Below are positions 10,412 to 19,482 of a DNA stretch of 64,000 nt, piece after piece. This stretch comes from Bryobacteraceae bacterium CoA2 C42 (GTDB lineage: Bacteria > Acidobacteriota > Terriglobia > Bryobacterales > Bryobacteraceae), in the NCBI GenBank assembly GCA_019931245.1, contig JAINDL010000011.1, forward strand, positions 13,531-77,530, in the 5' to 3' direction. Position 1 is the stretch's first letter; each line of letters opens with the position of its first letter. The position numbers and the translations under genes are program-made. The notes under the pieces were generated by a model, which searched no databases, was not told the origin of the DNA, and saw only the letters and a program-made list of their open reading frames with translations.

Positions 10412-11788
10412 ATGACCAGACAGTTTTCCCGACGGACGATTTTGCGTGGCCTGGGCGCGGCGGTTTCAACGCCGTGGCTCGAGTCGAGCCTGCTGGGGGC
10501 GCCCAAAGCCGCCGTCGACCGGCTCTCGGAGCCGCCGCTGCGGATGGCTTGTCTGTTCATGCCGAACGGGGTACGTCCGGAGCACTGGACGCCGGCGGGT
10601 GATGGCGAACAGTACGAACTGACGCCGCATTTGGAGCCGCTGCGGGCGCTGAAGGACGATTTTCTGCTGCTCGAGAACCTCTGGAACAAGAACACCGTGG
10701 GGCGCAACGGGCACTGGCCGAAGGTGCCGGCTTGGCTGTCGGGGGGCTTTGTGGAGCGGACCACGGGCGGGGACCTCGATTCGGGCGGCACGACGGTGGA
10801 TCAGGTGGTGGCGCAGCGGATTGGCCACGAGACGCCGCTGCAGTCGCTGGAGTTGGGCATTGATGCGCCGCGCACCGGGATTGATACGGCGGGCGGTGGG
10901 TTTCCGCGGGCGCTGGGTTCGTTTTTGTCCTGGGCCGATCCGAAGACGCCGGTGCCGAAGGAGATTGTGCCGCAGTTGGCGTTTGACCGGCTGTTCCGGA
11001 ACCGGCGGGCGCCGGTGGTTTCGGGCAAGGACCCGAACTCGCCGGAGATGCTCGGTTCGCTGCAGCGGGACGAGACAAGCGTGCTCGATCTGGTGCGGGA
11101 GCAGGCGCGGGCGCTGCGGGCCAAAGGCAGCAAGACCGATCAGGCGCGCCTCGATGAGTACTTTGAGTCGGTGCGGTCGGTGGAGCGGCGGCTCGAAGCC
11201 TCGATGAAGCCGCAGCGGCGGTGGATCAACGAGGGCAAGTTTCCGCTGGACCGCCCGGTGGCCGGGACGCCGGCGACGCATAAAGAGCATCTGCAGCTGA
11301 TGTTGGATATTCTGCTGCTGGCCTTCTGGACAGATTCGACGCGTGTTGCGACGATGATGTTCGGCGATGCGCAGTCATCGCAGGACTACGGGTTCCTCGA
11401 AGGGGTGAAAGGCAACTGGCACGGGATTTCGCATCACCGCGATCTGCCGGACGGATTGGCGCAGTACGGCCGGATCATCAACTGGCAGACGGAGCAGTTG
11501 GCTGCGTTTCTGACGAAGATGAAGAGCCTCAAGGAGGGCGACCGGTCGTTGCTCGATAACTCAATGGTGCTGTTTGGCTCGTCGCTCAAATGCGGGAACC
11601 GGCATCAGGAGGAGAACCTGCCTCTGCTTTTGGCGGGGCGTGGCAAAGGGACGCTGCGGCCGGGGCGGCGGGTGCGGGCGGCGGTGAAGACGCCGTTCTG
11701 CAACCTGCACCTGGCGATGATGCACCGGATGGGCGTGAAGGACGAGACGTTCGGCGACAGCACGGGGGTGCTGGGCGGGTTGGCTTAA
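10412..11788 (+). CDS. DUF1552-type protein with twin-arginine leader
   Basis: Tat-like leader SRRTILRGLGAAVSTPWL. Family hallmark NWHGISHHRD. It is the usual genomic partner of the DUF1592-type gene immediately upstream (10-nt gap). Confidence 0.85.
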   Translation: MTRQFSRRTILRGLGAAVSTPWLESSLLGAPKAAVDRLSEPPLRMACLFMPNGVRPEHWTPAGDGEQYELTPHLEPLRALKDDFLLLENLWNKNTVGRNGHWPKVPAWLSGGFVERTTGGDLDSGGTTVDQVVAQRIGHETPLQSLELGIDAPRTGIDTAGGGFPRALGSFLSWADPKTPVPKEIVPQLAFDRLFRNRRAPVVSGKDPNSPEMLGSLQRDETSVLDLVREQARALRAKGSKTDQARLDEYFESVRSVERRLEASMKPQRRWINEGKFPLDRPVAGTPATHKEHLQLMLDILLLAFWTDSTRVATMMFGDAQSSQDYGFLEGVKGNWHGISHHRDLPDGLAQYGRIINWQTEQLAAFLTKMKSLKEGDRSLLDNSMVLFGSSLKCGNRHQEENLPLLLAGRGKGTLRPGRRVRAAVKTPFCNLHLAMMHRMGVKDETFGDSTGVLGGLA

Positions 11789-13902
11789 GCTTTGGGTGGC
11801 TTTAGCGCCGCCTCGATGGCATCGTAGAGTTCGAGCAACTGGCGGGCGGCGGCGGGGTCGGCGCCGAAGCGGAAGCGGTTGTAGGTGTGCGTGAAGCCGG
11901 CGACGAGGGTGGCCGCGGGTGAGGGCGGGAGCACGCGGGCGAATTCGAGGGGGGTGAGCCAGGCGGGTTTGTGCAGGTTCTGCGTGGCGAGCAGGGTGAG
12001 GAGTTGGCGGTAGAGCACGGCGGCGTCCGAGGGCGAGGCGGCGCCGGCGGCGAGGCGGGCGCGGTGGAGGCGCTGCTGGCGGCGGGCGCGGAGCCAGGGG
12101 GTGAGGACCCAGGCGAGGGCGAGGCCGAGGGCGGGGAGGAGCACGTAGAGGCCGTAGCGGCCGAGCCAGAGGGCGGCGGCGCGGCGGGCTTGTTCGAAGC
12201 GGTAGGCAAGGGTGGGGGCGGCCGTGTCGTTGAAACGATTGCGGTCGATGGCGGTGGCGAGGCGGAACTGGCGTTCTAGGTCGTACTGCATGACCCACTC
12301 CTGCCAGAAGAGGTCGGCGGCGTCGAGCAGGTGGGCGAGGCGGGCGAACAGGGGCGCGGCGGCGGGGCGGCCGGAGGCGGGGGTGGGGTCGAAGGTGGTC
12401 CAGCCGTTGTTGGGGATCCAGGCTTCGACCCAGCTGTGGGCGTCGGAGGCGCTGAGGACGTGCCAGCCGGAGACGGGGTTGCGGATGCCGCCCTGGAAGC
12501 CGGTGACGACGCGGGCGGGGATGCCGAGGGAGCGGAGCATGACGGCGTGGGCGGAGGCGAAGTATTCGCAATGGCCGCGGCGGCGTTCGAAGAGGAAGTG
12601 GGCGATGGGGTCGGCCGGGGTGGCGGTGGGCATTTCGAGCGAGTAGGCGAGGTTGGACTGCAGCCACGTCTCGAGGCGGCGGGCGCGGCGCCAGTCGTCG
12701 GATTCGTTGGCGGTGAGGGAGCGGGCGAGGTTGGCGATGCGGGCGTCGAGCGGGGGGAGGGCGAGAAGGAGTTGGCGCTCTTCGGCAGCGGGGGCGGGGG
12801 CGCCGTCGCCGGTGGAGGCGGGCAGAAAGCTGGAGGCGGAGTAGCGGAGAAGGCCGTGGTGGTCGCCGAGGGCACGGAGGCCGCCGGTGGAGTGGCGGAG
12901 GAGGGTGGGCAGGCTCGATTCGAGGAGTTCGGGGACGCCGGCGAGGAAGAGGGTATCGAGCGAGCTGTCCGAGTGCTGGACCTGATAGCGGAGGCGGGTG
13001 CCGGTGCGGCGGAGGTGGCCGCGGACGGGGAGGCTGACGGCGCCGTACTGGAGGCGGAGGAGGTCGGTGGAGCCGCGCTGGGTCCAGCGGCGGCCGTCGA
13101 ATTCGGAGAGGGCGGCGCCGCGCCATTTGTAGGGGAGGATTTCGGGGGCGGGGCCTTCGATGCGGATGTGCATCATGGTGCGGCTGGACGTTTGGATGGC
13201 GCCGATGTCGCCAAGGCGGACGGCACCGGAGAAGCCGGGGAGGTGGTAGCGGGAGCTGACGAGATTCTGCAGGGCGGCGCGGGCGGTGCGGGGGAGGACG
13301 AAGAACATGCCGATGGTGAAAACGAGAATGGCGACGGCGGCGGAGAGGGTGGTGAGGAGGAGGCGGGCAGGGAAGCGGGAGTTCGACAGGGGGAGGGCGC
13401 GGGGGGTGTGGAGGGTGCCGAGGCGGATCTGCCAACTGGCGAAGGTGGCGACGCCGGCGGCGAGGAAGAGGGCGAGGAAGAGGAAGAACAGGAGGCTGGC
13501 CGAGAGCAGGGCGGCGGCAAGGAGTTCGGCGAAGGCGATGAGGACGGCGTAGAGGGCGTCGCGGTTGGTGAGGGCGGTGAGGCCCTTGGCGACGGTGAGG
13601 AAGCAGATCATGCGGACGGTGGCGGCGAGGAAGTCCTGCGAGAGGTAGCCGTAGTCGATGGGGTAGAAGGCGGCGTAGAGGATGACGGCGGCGTTGGCCC
13701 AGGCGGCGGGGAGTTCGAGACGATGCTGCTTCAGGGCGAGGGCGAGGCGGAGGGCGAAGGCGAGGGCGGTGAGCGAGAGGGTGAAGGGATCGAGTTCGCC
13801 GGAGGAGGCGAGGGCGAGAAAGCCGCTGAGGAGAAGGGCGAGGAGGGCCGCTTCAAAGAAGCGGTCGAGGGCGCTGCGGCGTTCGGCGCGGAGCAGGGGC
13901 AT
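11785..13902 (-). CDS. Transglutaminase-like membrane protein (TgpA-like: N-terminal polytopic domain plus transglutaminase core)
   Basis: About six N-terminal TM helices precede the transglutaminase core motif RRGHCEYFASAHAVMLRSLGIPARVVTGF...DAHSWVEAW (Cys-His-Asp), followed by a C-terminal TM helix. Confidence 0.85.
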   Translation of the reverse strand: MPLLRAERRSALDRFFEAALLALLLSGFLALASSGELDPFTLSLTALAFALRLALALKQHRLELPAAWANAAVILYAAFYPIDYGYLSQDFLAATVRMICFLTVAKGLTALTNRDALYAVLIAFAELLAAALLSASLLFFLFLALFLAAGVATFASWQIRLGTLHTPRALPLSNSRFPARLLLTTLSAAVAILVFTIGMFFVLPRTARAALQNLVSSRYHLPGFSGAVRLGDIGAIQTSSRTMMHIRIEGPAPEILPYKWRGAALSEFDGRRWTQRGSTDLLRLQYGAVSLPVRGHLRRTGTRLRYQVQHSDSSLDTLFLAGVPELLESSLPTLLRHSTGGLRALGDHHGLLRYSASSFLPASTGDGAPAPAAEERQLLLALPPLDARIANLARSLTANESDDWRRARRLETWLQSNLAYSLEMPTATPADPIAHFLFERRRGHCEYFASAHAVMLRSLGIPARVVTGFQGGIRNPVSGWHVLSASDAHSWVEAWIPNNGWTTFDPTPASGRPAAAPLFARLAHLLDAADLFWQEWVMQYDLERQFRLATAIDRNRFNDTAAPTLAYRFEQARRAAALWLGRYGLYVLLPALGLALAWVLTPWLRARRQQRLHRARLAAGAASPSDAAVLYRQLLTLLATQNLHKPAWLTPLEFARVLPPSPAATLVAGFTHTYNRFRFGADPAAARQLLELYDAIEAALKPPKA

Positions 13903-13905
13903 GGG

Positions 13906-14286
13906 TTAGTGGACGGCGGTGAGGACGCCTTCGGCGAAGTCGCCGGCGGCCTGTTTGGGGACGTTTTGGGGCGGGATGACGACGAGGAACGCGCCGTCGT
14001 GGAAGGTGATTTCGCCGGGGGCCTTTTTCCATTTCTGAAGGACTTCGAAGGCTTCGGTGTTGGAGGGGAAGCGGTAGAAGGTGGCTTCGATGTCCTGGGG
14101 GCCGTGGTAGGTGGCGCGCCAGGACTGGGCGGGCTGGATGGCAAGGGGGAAGGGGTCGGTGAGGGGGGTGGCGGAGGCAAGGGTCCAGCCGCCGGGGATC
14201 TGTTTGGGGGGCTCCTGCGTGGCGGGAACGGCGGGGCCGGCGCAGGCGGCCAGAAGCAGGACAGGGAGGAGGAGCAGACGCTGCAT
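13906..14286 (-). CDS. Small lipoprotein of unknown function
   Basis: Lipobox-type signal MQRLLLLPVLLLAACAG. It lies 3 nt upstream of the transglutaminase-like gene on the same strand. Confidence 0.65.
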   Translation of the reverse strand: MQRLLLLPVLLLAACAGPAVPATQEPPKQIPGGWTLASATPLTDPFPLAIQPAQSWRATYHGPQDIEATFYRFPSNTEAFEVLQKWKKAPGEITFHDGAFLVVIPPQNVPKQAAGDFAEGVLTAVH

Positions 14287-14318
14287 TCCTTAATGTTACT
14301 ATCGGAAGATCTAACTCT

Positions 14319-14466
14319 ATGGCGAAGCCCAAGCCGTCTAAAGGCCCGGCGCCGACCCGCATTACGAAAGACGATCTGAAGGTGGGTGTTCCTTGCCTTG
14401 TGCTGATTGTGGGTGCGATTGCGCTGCTCGGTTTTCTGTTTTCCGCGGTTCTGAAACCGCGCTAGG
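14319..14466 (+). other. Possible small tail-anchored membrane protein gene split between two reading frames (indel, frameshift or two mini-ORFs)
   Basis: The ATG at 14319 opens a GC3-rich frame (MAKPKPSKGPAPTRITKDDLK...). After about 14385 that frame becomes T-ending and Cys-rich. The +1 frame then encodes a clean TM helix (FLALVLIVGAIALLGFLFSAVLKPR, stop 14464..14466). The +1 frame is closed upstream by TGA at 14377..14379. Confidence 0.3.
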
Positions 14467-14479
14467 AATTGATTGATTC

Positions 14480-15199
14480 ATGCGTCATGATGCCCGATTG
14501 CCGGACCAGATGCGTCCGGTTACGATTGAACCCAACTATTTGTTGACCGCCGAGGGATCGGCTTTGATCAGCGTGGGGAACACGAAGGTGCTGTGCACGG
14601 CCTCGGTGGAGGACTCGGTGCCTTCGTTTCTGCGCGGCAGCGGGAAGGGCTGGGTGACGGCGGAGTACGCCATGCTGCCCCGAGCCACCGCCACGCGGAC
14701 GGCGCGCGAGGTGAAGAAGGGCCGGGAGAGCGGCCGGACGATGGAGATTCAACGGCTGATCGGCCGGGCGCTGCGCAGCGTGGTAGAACTGCCCGCGCTG
14801 GGCGAACGCAGCGTGTTGATCGACTGCGACGTGCTGCAGGCTGATGGCGGGACGCGGACGGCTTCGATTACGGGCGCGTTTGTGGCGCTGGGGTTGGCAA
14901 TGCAGAAGTTGGTAGACGGGGGCATGGTGAAGCGGAACCCGCTGCGGCACTATGTAGCGGCGACGAGCGTGGGGATTGTCGACGGCGTGCCGCTGCTCGA
15001 TCTTTGCTACGAGGAGGACTCGTCGGCGCACGTGGATATGAACGTGGTGATGACGAGCGCCGGCCGGTTTGTGGAACTGCAGGCAACCGCGGAGCAGGAG
15101 GACTTTGACGATAGCCAGTTGGGCGCGCTGGTGGGGTTGGGGCGGAAGGGGGTAGGCGAACTGATCGCGCTGCAGCGGCAGTTCGTGACGCTGCCGTGA
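14480..15199 (+). CDS. rph: Ribonuclease PH
   Basis: N-terminus R.D.R...[34 protein letters not shown], plus [23 protein letters not shown], typical of RNase PH. Length 239 aa. Confidence 0.95.
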   Translation: MRHDARLPDQMRPVTIEPNYLLTAEGSALISVGNTKVLCTASVEDSVPSFLRGSGKGWVTAEYAMLPRATATRTAREVKKGRESGRTMEIQRLIGRALRSVVELPALGERSVLIDCDVLQADGGTRTASITGAFVALGLAMQKLVDGGMVKRNPLRHYVAATSVGIVDGVPLLDLCYEEDSSAHVDMNVVMTSAGRFVELQATAEQEDFDDSQLGALVGLGRKGVGELIALQRQFVTLP

Positions 15200-15777
15200 T
15201 TGTCCGCTGCGCGACGACCAATCCGGGGAAACTGCGGGAGTTTCGGCTGATCTTCGAGGCGTACGGCGGGGGTGGGATTGACCTGCGGCCGCTGGAGGGA
15301 TTGGCGGCGATTGCGGCGCCGGAGGAGACCGGGGCGACCTTTGCAGCCAACGCCGCGCTGAAGGCGTGCTACTACTCGGCGTTTACCGAGGATCTGTTGT
15401 TTGCCGATGATTCGGGGCTCGAGGTGGAGGCGCTGCGGGGAGCGCCAGGCGTCTACTCGGCGCGGTACGCGGGGCCGGCGGCGACCGATGCGGAGAATAA
15501 CGCCAAGGTGCTGGCGGCGTTGGCGGGGAGCCAGGAGCGGGCGGCGCGGTTTGTGTGCTCGATTGCGCTGGCGCGGGGTGGGAAGCTTTTGGGGACGTTT
15601 ACCGATGCAGTAGAGGGCTGGATGACGGAGGAGGCGCGGGGTAGCTTCGGGTTTGGGTACGACCCGCTGTTTTACTACGAGCCCTTCGGCGGGACGTTTG
15701 GGGAGACGGCGCCGGAGCGGAAATTGCTCGTGAGCCATCGGGGCAAAGCGCTGGCGCGACTGATTCGGGAATTGTAG
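15196..15777 (+). CDS. rdgB: Non-canonical purine NTP (dITP/XTP) pyrophosphatase
   Basis: Motifs [31 protein letters not shown] and FGYDPLF. A GTGA 4-nt overlap with rph matches the conserved rph-rdgB pairing. Confidence 0.9.
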   Translation: MIVRCATTNPGKLREFRLIFEAYGGGGIDLRPLEGLAAIAAPEETGATFAANAALKACYYSAFTEDLLFADDSGLEVEALRGAPGVYSARYAGPAATDAENNAKVLAALAGSQERAARFVCSIALARGGKLLGTFTDAVEGWMTEEARGSFGFGYDPLFYYEPFGGTFGETAPERKLLVSHRGKALARLIREL

Positions 15778-15803
15778 GAGCAACCGGCGATAGAATAGCG
15801 GGC

Positions 15804-17207
15804 ATGACTCGCCGCCAACTTCTGGGCTCGATGGCCGGGGCGGCTCTGGCGCAGGCGCCGGAGCGTCCGAACATCGTCTTCATTCTCTCTGATGACCATA
15901 CAGCCCGGGACCTGGGTGTCTCCGGTAACCCGGTGGTGCGGACGCCGAACCTGGACCGGTTCGCCGGGCAGGGAATGCGCTTCACGCGAGCCTTTACGGC
16001 GGCGCCACAGTGCGTGCCTTCGCGGACCGCCTATATGACGGGGCGATCGCCGGTGGCGGCGCGGATGGGGCGTTTCAACTCGCCGCTGCCGCGGGAGGTG
16101 AGAGTATTTCCGGAGTATCTGCGGGCGGCGGGATACTTTACGGGGGTCTGCCGGCGGAACTTCCATCTGGATGGCGCGGCGGGCGTGGCGGGTTCCGATA
16201 CGAACGCCATCTACGAGCGGCATGGGCTGCGGACCTTCGACGAGCGGCTGGACTTCGTCGACCGGACGGCGGGGCCGCGGACGAAGACGCCCGAGATTCT
16301 CGATCAGTTTTTCGCGCGCAAGCCAGAAGGGAAGCCGTTTTTTCTGTGGGTGAACTTCAACGACCCGCACCATCCGTGGGACCGGCTGGGCACGCACGAT
16401 CCCAAAGAGGTGCCGGTGCCGGCGCACATTCCGGACCTGCCCGGAGTGCGGGATGACATTGCGCGGCACTACGACGAGATTGCGCGGATGGACGAGGAGT
16501 TTCAGTGGGTGCTGGATGCACTGGCCAAGCGGGGTCTCGAGCAGAACACGATGGTGATCTTTGCCGGGGACAACGGGCAGGCGCTGCCGCACGGTAAGGG
16601 GTCGCTGTATGACTCCGGCTTGAACGTGCCGCTGCTGATCCGGTGGCCGGGGCGGGTGGAGGCGGGACGGGTGTCGAGCGAGTTGATTTCGGGCGAGGAC
16701 GTTGCGCCGACGGTGCTCGAGGCGGTGGGGGGAGCGGTGCCGAAGGAGATGTCGGGCCGTAGCTTTTTGGGGCATCTACGCGGAGAGGCGGCCGGGCCGC
16801 GGCAGTATATCTTCGGCGCGCGGCTGCACCATGGCAACGCGGCGTTTACGGAGACGACGAGGGCGTCGACGTTTGATCTGTCGCGGTGCGTGCGGTCGAA
16901 ACGTTATAAGTTGATCTATAACTGCACGCCGCAGATGGAGTACTCGCCGGTGGACTCGGCGCGGGACCCGGGCTGGACGCAGATGGTGGCGGCGCACGAG
17001 GCGGGTAAGTTGAGTCCGCGGCACGAGCAGGCTTACTTTGGTAAGCGGCGCGTTATTGAGCTTTATGATCTGGAGACGGACCCGGCGGAGCTGGACAACC
17101 TGGCGGGGCGGCCGGAAGTGGCGAAAGTGGAGCGGGAGCTAAAGGTGGCGCTGGCCGAGAAGATGATTCTCGACTATGACTTTCTGCCCCCGCCGATTAC
17201 TGACTAG
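15804..17207 (+). CDS. Sulfatase (formylglycine-dependent), Tat/Sec-exported
   Basis: Leader TRRQLLGSMAGAALAQA. Motif PNIVFILSDDH and the sulfatase signature CVPSRTAYMTGR (C-x-P-x-R). Confidence 0.9.
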   Translation: MTRRQLLGSMAGAALAQAPERPNIVFILSDDHTARDLGVSGNPVVRTPNLDRFAGQGMRFTRAFTAAPQCVPSRTAYMTGRSPVAARMGRFNSPLPREVRVFPEYLRAAGYFTGVCRRNFHLDGAAGVAGSDTNAIYERHGLRTFDERLDFVDRTAGPRTKTPEILDQFFARKPEGKPFFLWVNFNDPHHPWDRLGTHDPKEVPVPAHIPDLPGVRDDIARHYDEIARMDEEFQWVLDALAKRGLEQNTMVIFAGDNGQALPHGKGSLYDSGLNVPLLIRWPGRVEAGRVSSELISGEDVAPTVLEAVGGAVPKEMSGRSFLGHLRGEAAGPRQYIFGARLHHGNAAFTETTRASTFDLSRCVRSKRYKLIYNCTPQMEYSPVDSARDPGWTQMVAAHEAGKLSPRHEQAYFGKRRVIELYDLETDPAELDNLAGRPEVAKVERELKVALAEKMILDYDFLPPPITD

Positions 17208-17735
17208 TTACTGGTAGCGCTGCCAGGCGAGGAAGGCGGCGATGGTCTTGCCGTCGACGATTTTGCCGGCCTCGATCATGGCGTCGACTTCGGCAGGCGC
17301 GAACCACTGGGTTTCAATGCGTTCGTCCTCCATGAACTGTGTGGGGCCGGCCTTGAGCTGGGTGGCGACGAAGATGTTCATTTTTTCGGCGAGAAAGCCG
17401 GGGCTCATGTAGAGGCTGAAGATCTTCTTCCATTGGCGGGCCGTATAGCCGGTCTCTTCGCGGAGTTCGCGTTTGGCGGCTTGCAGCGGAGTTTCGCCTT
17501 CGTCCATGCGGCCGGCGGGAATCTCCCACAGGTAGGCCGCGGCGGGCAGGCGATACTGCCGGACGAGCAGAATGCGGCCCTGGTCATCGACCGGCATGAC
17601 GACGGCGCTGCCGGTGTGGTGGATGATGGCCCGCTTGATCTCGAAGCCTTCCGGGTCGATGGCGATATCTTGACTGACCGTGAAGATCGGGGTGCGCAGC
17701 AATTCCTGGCTGCTGATGATTTTCATTTTTCCCAT
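17208..17735 (-). CDS. NUDIX hydrolase (ADP-ribose pyrophosphatase-like)
   Basis: Nudix box GRMDEGETPLQAAKRELREETGY. Confidence 0.88.
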   Translation of the reverse strand: MGKMKIISSQELLRTPIFTVSQDIAIDPEGFEIKRAIIHHTGSAVVMPVDDQGRILLVRQYRLPAAAYLWEIPAGRMDEGETPLQAAKRELREETGYTARQWKKIFSLYMSPGFLAEKMNIFVATQLKAGPTQFMEDERIETQWFAPAEVDAMIEAGKIVDGKTIAAFLAWQRYQ

Positions 17736-17739
17736 GGGG

Positions 17740-19452
17740 TTATCTGGCGAATGCGGAGACGAATTCCTTGTAGGGTAGCGTGTTGAGGACGTCCGATTTG
17801 GTGAGCCAGCCGCGGCGGGCCATTTTGACGCCGTACTTCATGTTTTCGAGGTGGCGGGGGTGGTGGGCGTCGGTGGAGATGGTGAAGCGGACGCCTTTTG
17901 ATTTCGCGATGCGAAGGAGGGTGGCGTGGAGGTCGAGGCGTTCGGGGCTGGCGTTGAGTTCCATGGCGATGTTGCGGCGGGCGGCGGCGGCGGCGACGGT
18001 TTCAAAGTCGTAGACGAAGGCGTCGCGATGGAGGAGGACGCGGCCGGTGGGGTGGCCGATGGTTTTGACGTAGGGGTTTTCGAGGCAGGCGAGGTAGCGG
18101 TCCGTCATCTCTTCGCGCGAAAGGTTCATGTAGCTGTGGACGCTGGCGACGACGAAGTCGAGGCTCGCGAGGGCTTCGTCGTCGAGGTCCATGCGGCCGT
18201 CCTTGAGGATGTCGCATTCGATGCCGCTGAGGACGCGGATGCCGAGGGCGTCGTGGTCGAGGGCGCGGACGCGGGCGGCGAAGTCGAGGACGCGTTTTTC
18301 GTCGAGGCCGTTGGCCATGGCGAGGGCTTTGGAATGATCGGTGATGGCGATATACTCGCGGCCGAGGGCGCGGGCGGCGGCGGCCATCTCTTCGAGGGTG
18401 GCGCGGCCGTCGGATTCGCGGGTGTGCATGTGAATGTCGCCGCGGAGGTCGGCGAGTTCGAGCAGGGCGGGGACGGGGGAGTCGAACTCGCCCTGGTTTT
18501 CGCGCATTTCGGGGGGGATGAAGGGTAGGCCGAGGGCGGTGTAGATGCCTTCTTCGTTTTCGCCGGCGACGCGGGATTCGTCGTCGAGGCGGAACAGGCC
18601 ATATTCGTTGAGAGAGTAGCCGAGTTTGAGCGCGCGCTGGCGGAGGGCGACGTTGTGTTCCTTCGAGCCGGTGAAGTACTGCAAGGCGGCGCCGAAGCTG
18701 GCGGCGGGCAGGGCGCGGACGTCGACCTGGAGGCCTTCGACGCCGACGCGGGCGCTGGCTTTGTTGTCACCGTGGCCGAGGACCTCGATGACTTTGGGGT
18801 GGGCGACGAAGCGGTCGAGCGCGGCCGGGGCGCCGGGGCCGGTGACGAGGAGGTCGAGGTCGCCGACGGTTTCCTTGCCGCGGCGGAGGCTGCCGGCGGG
18901 GGTGACCTGGTCGACGCCGGGGGTGGCGGCGAGGTAGGCGGTAAGTTCGGCGGCCATGGCGTCGGCGAAGTTGAGCAGGTAGCGGCCGGCGCTTTTGCGG
19001 TACTGTTCAATGCCGCGGAGGATCTTTTCTTCGTGTTTGGCGCCGAGGCGGGGCAGGGTGCGGATTTTTTGCTCTTGGCAGGCGCGTTCGAGATCGTCGA
19101 GCGTGGTGATGCGGAGGGCTTCGATGAGCAGGGCGATGGTCTTGGGACCGAGGCCCTGGATGTGGAGCATTTCAAGGGCGGTGGGCGGGTAGCGTTCGAG
19201 CAGTTCGTCGCGGCGGTCGAACGAGCCGCGGGTTTCGATTTCGTCGATGACGGCGGCGATGCCTTTGCCGATGCCGGGGATGTCGGTGAGTTTACGGGCG
19301 GGGTCGGTGCGGACGGAGGCGAGGCGTTCGCCGTAGCCTTCGATGACGGCGGCGGCGTTGCGATAGCTGCGGATGCGGAAGCCGTCTTCGGCGGCGATCT
19401 CCATCAGGTCGGCGGTCTCGCTCAGCAGTTTGGCGATCTCGATGTTCTCCAT
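17740..19452 (-). CDS. polX: DNA polymerase X family protein with C-terminal PHP domain
   Basis: N-terminal HhH region, the pol-beta nucleotidyltransferase motif GSLRRGKETVGDLDLLV, and PHP-domain motifs GDIHMHTRESDG and ISTDAHH. Confidence 0.9.
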   Translation of the reverse strand: MENIEIAKLLSETADLMEIAAEDGFRIRSYRNAAAVIEGYGERLASVRTDPARKLTDIPGIGKGIAAVIDEIETRGSFDRRDELLERYPPTALEMLHIQGLGPKTIALLIEALRITTLDDLERACQEQKIRTLPRLGAKHEEKILRGIEQYRKSAGRYLLNFADAMAAELTAYLAATPGVDQVTPAGSLRRGKETVGDLDLLVTGPGAPAALDRFVAHPKVIEVLGHGDNKASARVGVEGLQVDVRALPAASFGAALQYFTGSKEHNVALRQRALKLGYSLNEYGLFRLDDESRVAGENEEGIYTALGLPFIPPEMRENQGEFDSPVPALLELADLRGDIHMHTRESDGRATLEEMAAAARALGREYIAITDHSKALAMANGLDEKRVLDFAARVRALDHDALGIRVLSGIECDILKDGRMDLDDEALASLDFVVASVHSYMNLSREEMTDRYLACLENPYVKTIGHPTGRVLLHRDAFVYDFETVAAAAARRNIAMELNASPERLDLHATLLRIAKSKGVRFTISTDAHHPRHLENMKYGVKMARRGWLTKSDVLNTLPYKEFVSAFAR

Positions 19453-19482
19453 ACCAAATATTGTCTGATAAGCTATCGGATC

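Noticed and set aside
12331-14379. 682-aa plus-strand ORF (Gly/Glu/Ala-rich). Also the 624-aa Pro/Arg-rich minus-strand ORF 11561..13435 and several 100-200-aa ORFs in the same region.
   Set aside because: They are antisense or out of frame relative to the transglutaminase-like gene, which has clear family motifs. Their composition is low-complexity, as expected from reading GC-rich coding DNA in the wrong frame. No motifs were seen.
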